Virus record (IMG/VR): IMGVR_UViG_3300039183_000005
Span: 64,001 to 128,000 of that record
Origin: a virus
Reading direction: 5' to 3' (one strand)
DNA: 64,000 nucleotides
Shown here one piece after another: positions 11,301 through 19,360 of this stretch; position 1 is the first letter of the stretch, and each line of letters opens with the position of its first letter. The notes beneath the pieces were generated by a model that did no database searches, was not told the DNA's origin, and saw nothing but the letters and a program-made list of their open reading frames with translations. The translations under genes were made by a program, and so were the position numbers.

Positions 11301-11802
11301 TTATAGTGGCGATCCAGGAATAGATACTCATATATCTGGATATACATTCGGGCAAGACGCAACAGTAGGGTGGCATCTTAATGAAACATCCGGTTCCTTA
11401 CCGTCTGGAACACGACAAGTTGTATTTACATTTAATGCCATTAGGAATACTGATGATGGCAAAAAATCTCCTGGCGGGACACTTGGTGGTACTTCAAATT
11501 TTGCTTCTTTTGATGAACCATTTTTTGTACTTAATTTAGCTTCTGATGTTGCTACTTATTCACATCATCCAGCGGATGTAAATCAAGATAATAGAATAAA
11601 TAACGTGGAATTAGCTAATTATATTTCTCAATGGCAAAACGGTGCATTATCCATTGGAGAAATGAAAAAATATCTCACAAAGGCTGAAGAAATTTGGCAA
11701 CATGGTCCAACCACTTTATTTAATGAACCATCTGGTGGTCTATATATTGATGCCGATGATGGACCAAATCCAGAAAATTGGGAACCTTCTGGATATGTGT
11801 AA
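8308..11802 (+). CDS. Large putative receptor-binding/tail-associated protein with ConA/LamG-like segment and C-terminal dockerin/EF-hand-like motif
   Basis: 1164 aa; KWHEIQ...VYIWVNGKLD (LamG-like); ADVNQDNRINNVEL (dockerin-type Ca-binding loop). Confidence 0.5.
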   Translation: MRMYTLHYPPGLIHRSQVCSDLAQGNMPYKIDGFDNGNGRIGLNFLGADNARIVSNKEIADNYDVKGGHGEYCLEIKSVDLIDSPQYAFYLPLGGYGGTIDDIDGFYLKFDFMYTNTSSGIVIQFNRAYVDNVSREFSIYLENGYLTVAGCKHIHPNPTDSEPPTYRRDSWISREDGKLGTIYIAPDKWHEIQMFIQPRKGWDVSDVGPTPGPIGYYAVNPFVTFFERYEQAPAAIPTIASSEALGSSGLYGLRLNSWPADGQPMYPNTMLPGQDQSAWPPENYASGQYFYAEELGMVYIWVNGKLDIQHTTNMVNERDGEYFDSHLRIYPGYSITGNDGRFFFNNIILNDFRDPSGSYPSKIFDPLYSNHSGLEWNPGYKLKFTAIELDTDYWRDDSFGSYYGRKHNTWMPDYPRGALVPSGNPYFVDAPNRFGAPTDRMIPHGTKLTCVQVAFDGEIQDFKSNKGNSGWHTDYPHQNYHYQLVQPQDSQPLSSASDRPSLEVQAQGDVELFYLKRPLSVSGEQPLAGGYFGMNGPKDYAPIIYPELGDTELPTIYRVWTCIWDHNTSPHTPKDQMHHMIRVPSGVSGHVDYISDNPTAGTRLWSSYPSGSAAFTDGFSMADWPYNPITGNPWTWDDLETLQIGASSVVHNILNNQYLITIYLLIEHASHIDPNISILGDNLLEDNVADDIPFFMQTKEMYRPGWRLWEEGINRTYYNKWNISPIFQIKRTDRQSTDGQATIINPVYSGVIEYDYKIRYINGEIIQGENYRRFDEHFNQVWVYTIDGMTPSETIQPRLPMRQEVITDASGNYFSYLGHPVLEWNTKRYPTDSNLSPLDYFPYIVYDYNTIYVIPLSAHNISDTIDPNDIYRTWTDATSRPSNSGNWTINKQQNVFNFAINRDSYFHPFSPSAVANHALTHPNETLDYTFPESRSGHDYYFQAPNLPSGSVSQSILLTDKLGIPEEAIDHGLYNFHMGLYQTTANQAINDTGEGKFDFYSGDPGIDTHISGYTFGQDATVGWHLNETSGSLPSGTRQVVFTFNAIRNTDDGKKSPGGTLGGTSNFASFDEPFFVLNLASDVATYSHHPADVNQDNRINNVELANYISQWQNGALSIGEMKKYLTKAEEIWQHGPTTLFNEPSGGLYIDADDGPNPENWEPSGYV

Positions 11803-11841
11803 GAAATTAAGTATCACTTAAATATGATTTTGTGTGATATT

Positions 11842-11851
11842 GGTGTATAAT
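11842..11851 (+). promoter_or_regulatory. Putative late promoter motif GGTGTATAAT
   Basis: Intergenic; followed by SD AGGAGGTG and ATG at 11892. Confidence 0.5.
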
Positions 11852-11891
11852 ATAGTGATAAAATATATGTTTTAGAAAGGAGGTGAAAGAT

Positions 11892-12533
11892 ATGGCAGCA
11901 GCGATTGATTTCTATGCAGGGCAAGGTGGTGGAACATGGGTAGACCTAAATTCGTCTGGTCTAGGCTTTTTCGGTGCATCATTTGGGACTTCGGTTCAAG
12001 TCGGGGAGTATCAAGATAGTACCTATATTAGCGCGAGTGATGGTAGTGCCCCAGCAGGTCCAGAAGCTACTAACTGCAAGTATGATACCGTGACTTCCGG
12101 TGTAATTATCGATGGTGCTGCGGCAATAGTGCCGTCAGCGGTAGTGATTAACTCCGGTACACTGAATATCCGTTTCACATTTGATTCAGCAGTTAAGACT
12201 CAAAACTGTGAACTTCGCATTTTTGATAGAGTTAGTATTACCAATGGGGCTGAAGGTGTAACGACTCAAGTGCTTCAGGTGTGCAATGGTGGTTCTGGTG
12301 TTAGTTCTAGCGGTACCGCACTCGCACCAGCCAGTCACCCAGGTTGGGTAGCTCCATCTGGTTCTGGTGTTACTGTTCCGCTTCTAAGCAGCGCTGGTAG
12401 TGGTGGTCTAAGTCCATCTGGAACGGATACTCAGGATACACGACACGACTGGTACGTTTGTCTTTCTGCTAGTCCGTTGAGTATTGGGTCTAAAGAGGCG
12501 TTCGGACTCTATGTGCAACTTGAGTATTTGTAA
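11892..12533 (+). CDS. Putative abundant virion protein, paralog of 7661..8296
   Basis: Strong SD, own promoter-like motif and downstream terminator; Ser/Gly-rich. ATG at 11892 preferred over GTG 11883, which lies inside the SD. Confidence 0.6.
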   Translation: MAAAIDFYAGQGGGTWVDLNSSGLGFFGASFGTSVQVGEYQDSTYISASDGSAPAGPEATNCKYDTVTSGVIIDGAAAIVPSAVVINSGTLNIRFTFDSAVKTQNCELRIFDRVSITNGAEGVTTQVLQVCNGGSGVSSSGTALAPASHPGWVAPSGSGVTVPLLSSAGSGGLSPSGTDTQDTRHDWYVCLSASPLSIGSKEAFGLYVQLEYL

Positions 12534-12556
12534 ACTATTGTAACATAAGAACTTAT

Positions 12557-12603
12557 GGGAGGATATTGGTTGACCCGACGATCATAGTCCTCCCTTTTCT
12601 TTT
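12557..12603 (+). terminator. Rho-independent terminator
   Basis: GGGAGGA (12557-63) pairs with TCCTCCC (12588-94), imperfect inner stem, followed by TTTTCTTTT. Confidence 0.65.
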
Positions 12604-12656
12604 GGGGATATAATAGGACACGAAGACTAATATATCGATATTTTTGAAAGTATTTT

Positions 12657-12971
12657 ATGTGGCAAAAAGAAATAGGATTGGATGGAGAGGTTTACGATTC
12701 AAAATCGGAAGCTAATGTAGCAGATTGGTTTTTTTTAAATGACATTACATATGAGCCTCACAAACGACTTCCGAAGCCAAGTCGTAGCATTTGTGATTTT
12801 TATTTACCGGATTATGATTTATGGGTTGAATATGATGGTTTGATGGAAGTTCGTTCAGATGACAAACTAAATAGAAAAAGTATATTCTATAAGAAACATG
12901 GCCTGAAATTTTTAATCATTACAAGGAACAATTGGCAGAGAGACTTGTTGGAACGGATAGAATTGGGATAA
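12657..12971 (+). CDS. Small PD-(D/E)XK-type endonuclease
   Basis: YDSKSE...CDFYLPDYDLWVEYDG pattern. Confidence 0.6.
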   Translation: MWQKEIGLDGEVYDSKSEANVADWFFLNDITYEPHKRLPKPSRSICDFYLPDYDLWVEYDGLMEVRSDDKLNRKSIFYKKHGLKFLIITRNNWQRDLLERIELG

Positions 12972-12975
12972 TAAA

Positions 12976-13326
12976 ATGACAAAGAAACAGCAGACCTTAT
13001 ATGCAGTAATTAGTTTGTTGGTAGGTATTTTCGGAGGCGTAATTGGGACAGCATTTTGCATGGGTGCAGAAAAACAACGTATTCAAGATTCTATTATGGC
13101 AACAAATGTCCGTATTACTAATGTGGAAGAAAAACAAAATATTTCTAAGACGAATGCCGAAAAAGAGATAAATCACTATGTAGAAGTAATAGCAGCCAAC
13201 ATGACTCAATTACAAGAAAATATAATCAGATTAAATATCATAGTCGGGAATTTACGAACAGATGTTCAAGTATTAAAGGCGTTAATGGAACGAATGGAAG
13301 ATTATCTGAAAATTATAAAAGATTAA
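12976..13326 (+). CDS. Membrane-anchored coiled-coil protein (possibly lysis-related)
   Basis: N-terminal hydrophobic helix LYAVISLLVGIFGGVIGTAF followed by a heptad-like region; last gene of the + arm. Confidence 0.45.
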   Translation: MTKKQQTLYAVISLLVGIFGGVIGTAFCMGAEKQRIQDSIMATNVRITNVEEKQNISKTNAEKEINHYVEVIAANMTQLQENIIRLNIIVGNLRTDVQVLKALMERMEDYLKIIKD

Positions 13327-13328
13327 TT

Positions 13329-13802
13329 TTAACGCCATTGATATATAATTTCTATAGCATGACGCAATAGTGTACCAAGCACACATGCCTCCCCATTACT
13401 AATAGTATGTTGTACTACCGTTTTCTCTTCTCCCCTTTTGACACTTAAATAGATACGAAGTCTTCCGTGTTCATCTTTTGCAAAATATAACACAGCGTTA
13501 CCATTTTGATTTGAATGGAATAAACCCTTGTGTTTTTTCTTGCTATTATCGAATGGTCCTACTCCATTTTGCAATCCCACCAAAACTGCTAAGAGTTCGC
13601 CAATATCGGAATCTCCCAGTTTAAATCTGATTTTGTTTTCCCATGAAAATTTAGCATTGCCTTTAGTATCTTTCTCGGCCTGATTTGCCATCTCCAAGAA
13701 AACGCAATCTTTCTTTGAGCTTAGAGACCATTGGCTAGCCGCTCCATTTCCATCATTTTTAGCCTTATATAATATAAAATTTTCAGGAAATTCTTTTGCC
13801 AT
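13329..13802 (-). CDS. Whirly-like ssDNA-binding protein
   Basis: FLEMA...FSWENKIRFKLGDSDIGELL...LFH...ISNGEACVLGTLLRHAIEIIYQW resembles the Whirly domain. ATG 13802 overlaps the upstream stop (TAATG). Confidence 0.55.
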   Translation of the reverse strand: MAKEFPENFILYKAKNDGNGAASQWSLSSKKDCVFLEMANQAEKDTKGNAKFSWENKIRFKLGDSDIGELLAVLVGLQNGVGPFDNSKKKHKGLFHSNQNGNAVLYFAKDEHGRLRIYLSVKRGEEKTVVQHTISNGEACVLGTLLRHAIEIIYQWR

Positions 13803-14428
13803 TATTTTTTCCTTTCTACTGGTGTTGTTAAAGACTTTTCTACTGACCACTTACGACGAATACGACCTTTTAGAACATTGATAGGAATTCCGGTTTCTTC
13901 ACTCCATTCGACTAGAAGCTGTGTTCTATTATTATACGTTAAGTAATGATTATCTCTTCTATTCCTTGCTTGTTCTTTTTTTGTTGCCCATCGACAATTT
14001 TCTTTGCAATAATTGCCATTATTATTTATTCGATCAATTGAATGATTTTTAGTTGGACGCTCCCCAATATCATTGAGAAAATTTATAAATTTCGTCCAAT
14101 GCTTACAAACCTTAATGCCTCGACCACCATATAGATAATAATTCCTAGCATTTGGATCATTGCATCGTTGAATCATTGCCTCCCAAGACTGATAAGTTTT
14201 GTTATTTTGACTTCTGCCATGTATTGTGAAACGTTTTGATGCTTCTTTTTTCTGTACACATCCACAACTTTTAGTATGTCCACTTTTAAGATTGGAATTA
14301 AGGACAATTATTTCACTTTTATCTATACAGTTACATCTGCATAACCAACGAGTATGTCCCCATTTATTCTTCCCAACCTGTTTTATTACTTCAAGCCTTC
14401 CAAATTTTTGTCCCACTAGATCAATCAC
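13802..14428 (-). CDS. Free-standing HNH homing endonuclease
   Basis: IDLVGQKFGRL, WLCRCNC, SCGC, YGGRGIKVC, SIDRINNNGNYCKENCRWAT. Confidence 0.85.
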   Translation of the reverse strand: MIDLVGQKFGRLEVIKQVGKNKWGHTRWLCRCNCIDKSEIIVLNSNLKSGHTKSCGCVQKKEASKRFTIHGRSQNNKTYQSWEAMIQRCNDPNARNYYLYGGRGIKVCKHWTKFINFLNDIGERPTKNHSIDRINNNGNYCKENCRWATKKEQARNRRDNHYLTYNNRTQLLVEWSEETGIPINVLKGRIRRKWSVEKSLTTPVERKK

Positions 14429-15326
14429 TTTTTGAAGTTCCTTCTTTCATCTTCCGCATTTCAGTAGCAGTAGCAAGTGCATCTTCGTACGTTAATGATT
14501 GTAGGTTGACATCACCTGTTTTCTCATTTAGCTTGTAGTCAATTCCAAGTTTATTTAATACTTCTGCAATATCAAAACCATGGCGTTCTGATATCAGCCT
14601 AATCATACTGATTTGACTTGTGTGAATTGGACCGCCCTTTTGAATATCAGATGCCGTTGCTACCGTTTTATTAACTTCCTCGGCAGAAACAGTTTTCTTT
14701 AGACACAGGGCATTTCGAAATACCCGCCCCTTTGCCCGAGTATCCGCCATGGCCACCAAATATGTCGCATAATCTTCTAAACAATTTTCGCTATGTGCAT
14801 CGGCCAATGCTTCAAATCTTTTTTCTCTTCCTTCTGGTGTTAGAAATACGCACCACGCTTTTGCACATGCGCGAAATCTATTTTCTTCGGTTGGAACAGC
14901 ATCGAGATTACATCCTTCCTCTATTATTTCTCCCACCAATTTCCCAGCAACACGCCTAAGTCCTTCTACCCGTGGATTTTGACCGTCCATCTCGTCATCT
15001 AAAAATTTTCCGAGAACATATTGTGTCCATCCAGGATCATTTGGCGTTGGCGGATCAATCTCTTCTGGATTATTGTCGCTATAATGGTCGTTCTCCAAAT
15101 TTAATTCTACTGCCACACCAACATCATCATCTTCTTTTGCTTCAGTAAGCACCTCCAATCCCAGTTCACCCTGTTTATGCGCTTGAAGTTTTTCTAATAA
15201 TGCCGGTCTTTTGAGACTCTTGCCTTGTGCGTCTAGCAGTTGTTCCTCAGTATATCCAGCGCTAAGAAGTGCTTCTTTAAGTTCTAATTTACCCATCCTT
15301 GTCGGTGGTTTCAATTCTGTCTGCAT
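14421..15326 (-). CDS. Rad52/ERF-superfamily single-strand annealing protein (putative)
   Basis: VEGLRRVA...ALADA...LVAMADTRAKGRVFRNAL motif typical of phage SSAPs. Confidence 0.55.
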   Translation of the reverse strand: MQTELKPPTRMGKLELKEALLSAGYTEEQLLDAQGKSLKRPALLEKLQAHKQGELGLEVLTEAKEDDDVGVAVELNLENDHYSDNNPEEIDPPTPNDPGWTQYVLGKFLDDEMDGQNPRVEGLRRVAGKLVGEIIEEGCNLDAVPTEENRFRACAKAWCVFLTPEGREKRFEALADAHSENCLEDYATYLVAMADTRAKGRVFRNALCLKKTVSAEEVNKTVATASDIQKGGPIHTSQISMIRLISERHGFDIAEVLNKLGIDYKLNEKTGDVNLQSLTYEDALATATEMRKMKEGTSKSD

Positions 15327-15906
15327 TTTTCATCTCCGTTAATACGAATTTCGTAAGTTTTTCTGCGTTACAATCTGATATAACATCATCACATATTTTG
15401 ATTTTAAATTCATTTTCAATTAATTCTTTGTGTGATTCATGTCTAGCAATGATTCTAACTCTCTGGTCGCAAAAAGCAGAAAGTAAATCACTTGATTCGA
15501 TGTGCGGTTTATCAATAAATTCAGGATCAAAAGCATAATGATAAACTAAAGATGCATTACTTGCCAAAGCTTCAATTGTGGTACCAATACTAGTGGTTAT
15601 CAGCGGATAATGATGCCACCTTATCAATTCAGACATACCAAAAATTGGACAAAGAGGTGGTAAACACGGTGGAATAAGATGTTGTGTAAAAATACATATA
15701 TCCAAACCAGCATAAGTGCGACACAATAAATTTATACTGTTAAGTCCCAAATATGTTAAATGTGATACGGCTAAGTGATTAAACACAAAGCCTACGACTG
15801 CTCTATCATCATTCAATTTTAAACCAAATTTTGCCATTTCTTTCGATGCTTGTTTCTTGCGATTAACGGCTTCTTTGTGTTTTGTGTTTTTTTGTTTTTT
15901 AGCCAC
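15289..15906 (-). CDS. Hypothetical protein (glycosylation cluster)
   Basis: 205 aa ORF overlapping its neighbours in the operon. Confidence 0.5.
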   Translation of the reverse strand: MAKKQKNTKHKEAVNRKKQASKEMAKFGLKLNDDRAVVGFVFNHLAVSHLTYLGLNSINLLCRTYAGLDICIFTQHLIPPCLPPLCPIFGMSELIRWHHYPLITTSIGTTIEALASNASLVYHYAFDPEFIDKPHIESSDLLSAFCDQRVRIIARHESHKELIENEFKIKICDDVISDCNAEKLTKFVLTEMKNADRIETTDKDG

Positions 15907-16669
15907 CTTGGTTGCCCCTACGTTGAGATGTAATTTGTTTTGCCATCATTTCGCATTGAGCAATAGACTGTGATGTGGCTTGGTCTACTTCTGTTACTAT
16001 ATTATGATGTAATGGTGCCGGAATGTGATAAATTAATCCGATTTCAGATATTCTGAGTAGCAATTCATAATCATATCGGAATTGCATTTGTTCATTAAAA
16101 CCACTTTTAAGTTTTGGAAATATTTGCGGTCGCACAAAAAAATTCATATCATATGGAAAATTGGTTAACAATCTTTGCATATCAAATGAACATCTGAAAA
16201 CTCTTTCTTCCCTTCCATCTGGATAGTGATTATCACAATCACTAACAACACAAGCGATAGCCGGTTGCTGGCTACAAACATAAATAGCCTGAGATATTTT
16301 GTCCGGTGTATACCAACTTGTTGGGTCCATAAAACCAAATAGTGTTATACCTTGCCACTTCATTTGTAGAGCAATATTTAATGTATGACCAATTGTGCTA
16401 AGTTGTTTCCTAAAAATTCTTATTGGTACTCCATCTAATTCGCCATCAAATTGTGGTGGTAAACCAGTTTTGTCGTCAATTGTGATTGGTTTGGCATCTA
16501 GCAGTTTACACAATACGTCGTATGTATTATCTGTGCTATCGTTGTCGCCCACAATAATTTGGTCGGCTGGACGGATACTTTTCGTTACCGATCTAATTGC
16601 TCTTTCTATCGTCGTTGCATTATTATGAGTAGCTATGATTATACAAACCTTTTCTTTATCTTTTATCAT
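15899..16669 (-). CDS. Glycosyltransferase family 2 (GT-A)
   Basis: IIIATHNNATTIERAIRSV, IIVGDNDSTDNT, DYELLLRI. Start at MIKDK (ATGA overlap). Confidence 0.85.
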   Translation of the reverse strand: MIKDKEKVCIIIATHNNATTIERAIRSVTKSIRPADQIIVGDNDSTDNTYDVLCKLLDAKPITIDDKTGLPPQFDGELDGVPIRIFRKQLSTIGHTLNIALQMKWQGITLFGFMDPTSWYTPDKISQAIYVCSQQPAIACVVSDCDNHYPDGREERVFRCSFDMQRLLTNFPYDMNFFVRPQIFPKLKSGFNEQMQFRYDYELLLRISEIGLIYHIPAPLHHNIVTEVDQATSQSIAQCEMMAKQITSQRRGNQGG

Positions 16670-17430
16670 ACCAGCCATGACTCCGCAAACAACCAGGAAA
16701 GACCCATACCAGTTTCTTCTTCTTCTATCCATAGTCTTTGTGTAAAAGATTCTTTTATTGGAGATTTCATCAATTCTTTGTATGGCATGGTAATGAATAA
16801 TCCATAATTAAGTTCTTGTGGTATAGTAGCTGTTGAACCGATCGCAAACGGAAAAGTCCAGTGAATAACACGACTAGAAACATGTTGAACCTTCCTGGCC
16901 AGTGTATGAAGATTAAATAATGTATTTCCAGCAGAAATTGCCATAAAAAATGGAGACTTAACCTGTTTGGAAACTCTTCGCAAAGTATCTCCACGTTGAT
17001 CAATAGTCTCGTGTTCACTACTGCTATCCACTACTGTTTGGATCGAATGCTTTTTGGCTTGTAAATATTGAAGTGCTAAATTTTTTCTTTCACCAAAACC
17101 AGTAGTATCCATAATAATAACTTTTTTGGCATATGGACGATACCAATTTGGACCCAATGTTTTCTCTAAGTCTCCTGCGGTGTTATGAGCTTCATCAAAA
17201 AATACCAATAAATCAAATCTCAACGCCATTTCGTCGATTACTTTCTCGTGTAATTGAGACATATCGGCAGTATTCTGTTTTTTAGCCCACTTGCGACTTC
17301 TGCACATTCGACAATAACCAGGAGCGAATACACGACCATTCTTAGAAACGCATAATTGTTTTATTGCACAGCCTTTTCCTGTATCGTCACTAACGAAAAA
17401 ACAGCAACCTTCACAACCAGTTGTTATCAT
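16666..17430 (-). CDS. Hypothetical protein with N-terminal Cys cluster
   Basis: CEGCCF...C...C...CRMCR; operon-coupled. Confidence 0.5.
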   Translation of the reverse strand: MITTGCEGCCFFVSDDTGKGCAIKQLCVSKNGRVFAPGYCRMCRSRKWAKKQNTADMSQLHEKVIDEMALRFDLLVFFDEAHNTAGDLEKTLGPNWYRPYAKKVIIMDTTGFGERKNLALQYLQAKKHSIQTVVDSSSEHETIDQRGDTLRRVSKQVKSPFFMAISAGNTLFNLHTLARKVQHVSSRVIHWTFPFAIGSTATIPQELNYGLFITMPYKELMKSPIKESFTQRLWIEEEETGMGLSWLFAESWLV

Positions 17431-17897
17431 TTTATTGCCTCTACATAAATTGCCACACCTTCGTAACGTTTAAGAGTTATCGTTAATCCGATTTCTTGTA
17501 ATAAATCCACTAATGTCATTGCGTCAATAACGGATATCCTAGAATCAACGCCCTCTTGTGTTCCGAAAATCATTTGTGAATATTCTGATAAATTGAATTG
17601 TCCTTGAGAAAAGGCTTTGGCTATAGCGTAACAATCCGGCACTAGTATTTTAAGTATACCACCTGCGACTAATTTCTGTGACCAATTTGTTAGGGTTCGT
17701 CTAATCGCTTTTATGGGCAAATATTCAAGACAATCTATAGCTAAAATTTCGTTAACAGTTTCATACTCAGTTAACCAATCTAGCGTCTGTATATCTCCTT
17801 GTCGATATATTTCCGGTGGTACCTGACCAGGAGGCAAACGGTCGATATTTATATATCCTGATCTAATGTCGTTGCCGCAGCCCAAGTTTAACTTCAT
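17427..17897 (-). CDS. Class I SAM-dependent methyltransferase (Methyltransf_11-like)
   Basis: KLNLGCG...GYINID...LVAGGILKILVPD. Confidence 0.8.
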   Translation of the reverse strand: MKLNLGCGNDIRSGYINIDRLPPGQVPPEIYRQGDIQTLDWLTEYETVNEILAIDCLEYLPIKAIRRTLTNWSQKLVAGGILKILVPDCYAIAKAFSQGQFNLSEYSQMIFGTQEGVDSRISVIDAMTLVDLLQEIGLTITLKRYEGVAIYVEAIK

Positions 17898-17907
17898 TAT
17901 TTATCTC

Positions 17908-18927
17908 CTATACCCAACGACCTGCTGGACATTTTGCCACTTTCCAAAATACCCTGTTCCACTCATCAAGAAACTTTTGTTGACCGAAATTTTTCAATAT
18001 TGTTTTCCTACCGGCAGCACCAATTTCGCGAGCCATATCTTGATCTGCTATTAATTCTTGAAGTCTTTCTTTCATGGTTATTGGATCATTGGTTATAAAA
18101 CCATTAATACCATCCTCGATAAATTCTGGCATTGCAGTAGTTGCTGTCGTAACAATAGGACATCCCACAGACATAGCTTCTAGTAAGCTGAATGGAGTTG
18201 TCGACCATAAAGTTGTATTCAGAAAAACCGAAGCATGACGATAAAGTTCCCTTAGATGATCAACGTTATCGGCATTTTTTGAAAATCCAGGACTATCTCC
18301 CCATGGATTTGTTGCCAAGCCATTTGTCACTTCCTGATATAGGTCAAATCCGCAAATTCTGTTTCTTTGTGGGTAATTCCACACAGCAGTCATGACTTTA
18401 CCATCGCCACCAATCCATCCATTCCAGTAGTCAGTTTGCATACCGTGCTTTATAACCGTAATATTTGGATCATTTAAATCACGGAACCATGCTCCAACAC
18501 TGAAATCGGCCATGAAAATGTCATGATCGCACGGTAAACTTCCTATTCGTTTTATGGTTTCATCATCCCAATCTGGCCACGGTAAAGTATGTTGAGCACA
18601 TAATAGTGGACAATTAAGTTGCTGTGATAATTGAACCATTATTGGATAATGATCAATTGAATTCTGAGAAAGTACCAAATCAAAGGCGATATCAATTTTT
18701 AGTTGATCGCGGATATCTTGACCTTGCAAGACAAAGAAATTAGGTGGTAATTTTCGTTCGCTAGAATTCCATCGATGGAATTTGGGATGTTGTAAAACAT
18801 AAAAATTATGGCCTGTTTCGGCTAATGTTGCACTGTACCCCTCGTGATTGTTGGCATATAGAATATTTAGGGGACGTTTGGGGTCGCGATTAATACTTCT
18901 CAAAGCTGTGGAAAGCGGTGCGGTCAT
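17908..18927 (-). CDS. Glycosyltransferase family 4 (GT-B)
   Basis: VFLNTT...PFSLLEAMSVGCPIVTT...IEDGINGF. Start MTAPL by TAATG overlap. Confidence 0.9.
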   Translation of the reverse strand: MTAPLSTALRSINRDPKRPLNILYANNHEGYSATLAETGHNFYVLQHPKFHRWNSSERKLPPNFFVLQGQDIRDQLKIDIAFDLVLSQNSIDHYPIMVQLSQQLNCPLLCAQHTLPWPDWDDETIKRIGSLPCDHDIFMADFSVGAWFRDLNDPNITVIKHGMQTDYWNGWIGGDGKVMTAVWNYPQRNRICGFDLYQEVTNGLATNPWGDSPGFSKNADNVDHLRELYRHASVFLNTTLWSTTPFSLLEAMSVGCPIVTTATTAMPEFIEDGINGFITNDPITMKERLQELIADQDMAREIGAAGRKTILKNFGQQKFLDEWNRVFWKVAKCPAGRWV

Positions 18928-19112
18928 TATTCGTTCTCCCTTGGTCGTCCATGACATATAGCACGATCTGCATTGCATTGAGCACAAACATCACGACCAG
19001 CTTTTGTTTCTGAATAAATTAATGGACCAGCTATTTCTGGTGGAAGTGTACATGTTTCGGGCACATATCCTTGTTGTATCATCAATTTTTTACCTAATTT
19101 TCCCCTAAACAT
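18927..19112 (-). CDS. Small Cys-rich hypothetical protein
   Basis: 61 aa, C...CxxC...C; coupled to both neighbours. Confidence 0.5.
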   Translation of the reverse strand: MFRGKLGKKLMIQQGYVPETCTLPPEIAGPLIYSETKAGRDVCAQCNADRAICHGRPRENE

Positions 19113-19357
19113 TATGATGTTCCTGTAATTTCTTTTAATTCTATATCATTTAAAGCCAATTGTAAATCAATTACCATCGCCATTAAAGATACAATCTCTT
19201 TATCTTTATCTGAATTAATACCACCATGAATCAGTCTTTTGGCTTGATTAGTTTTGACGCCATTAATATGCCAATAATCTCTAAGTGTTTGCAAAGCTTC
19301 ATCTTGAAGTCTAGTCATTCTCACTTTTTTCTCTAATTCTGTCATCATACTCTCCAC
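19112..19357 (-). CDS. Hypothetical protein
   Basis: 81 aa ORF in operon. Confidence 0.45.
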   Translation of the reverse strand: MESMMTELEKKVRMTRLQDEALQTLRDYWHINGVKTNQAKRLIHGGINSDKDKEIVSLMAMVIDLQLALNDIELKEITGTS

Positions 19358-19360
19358 AAA

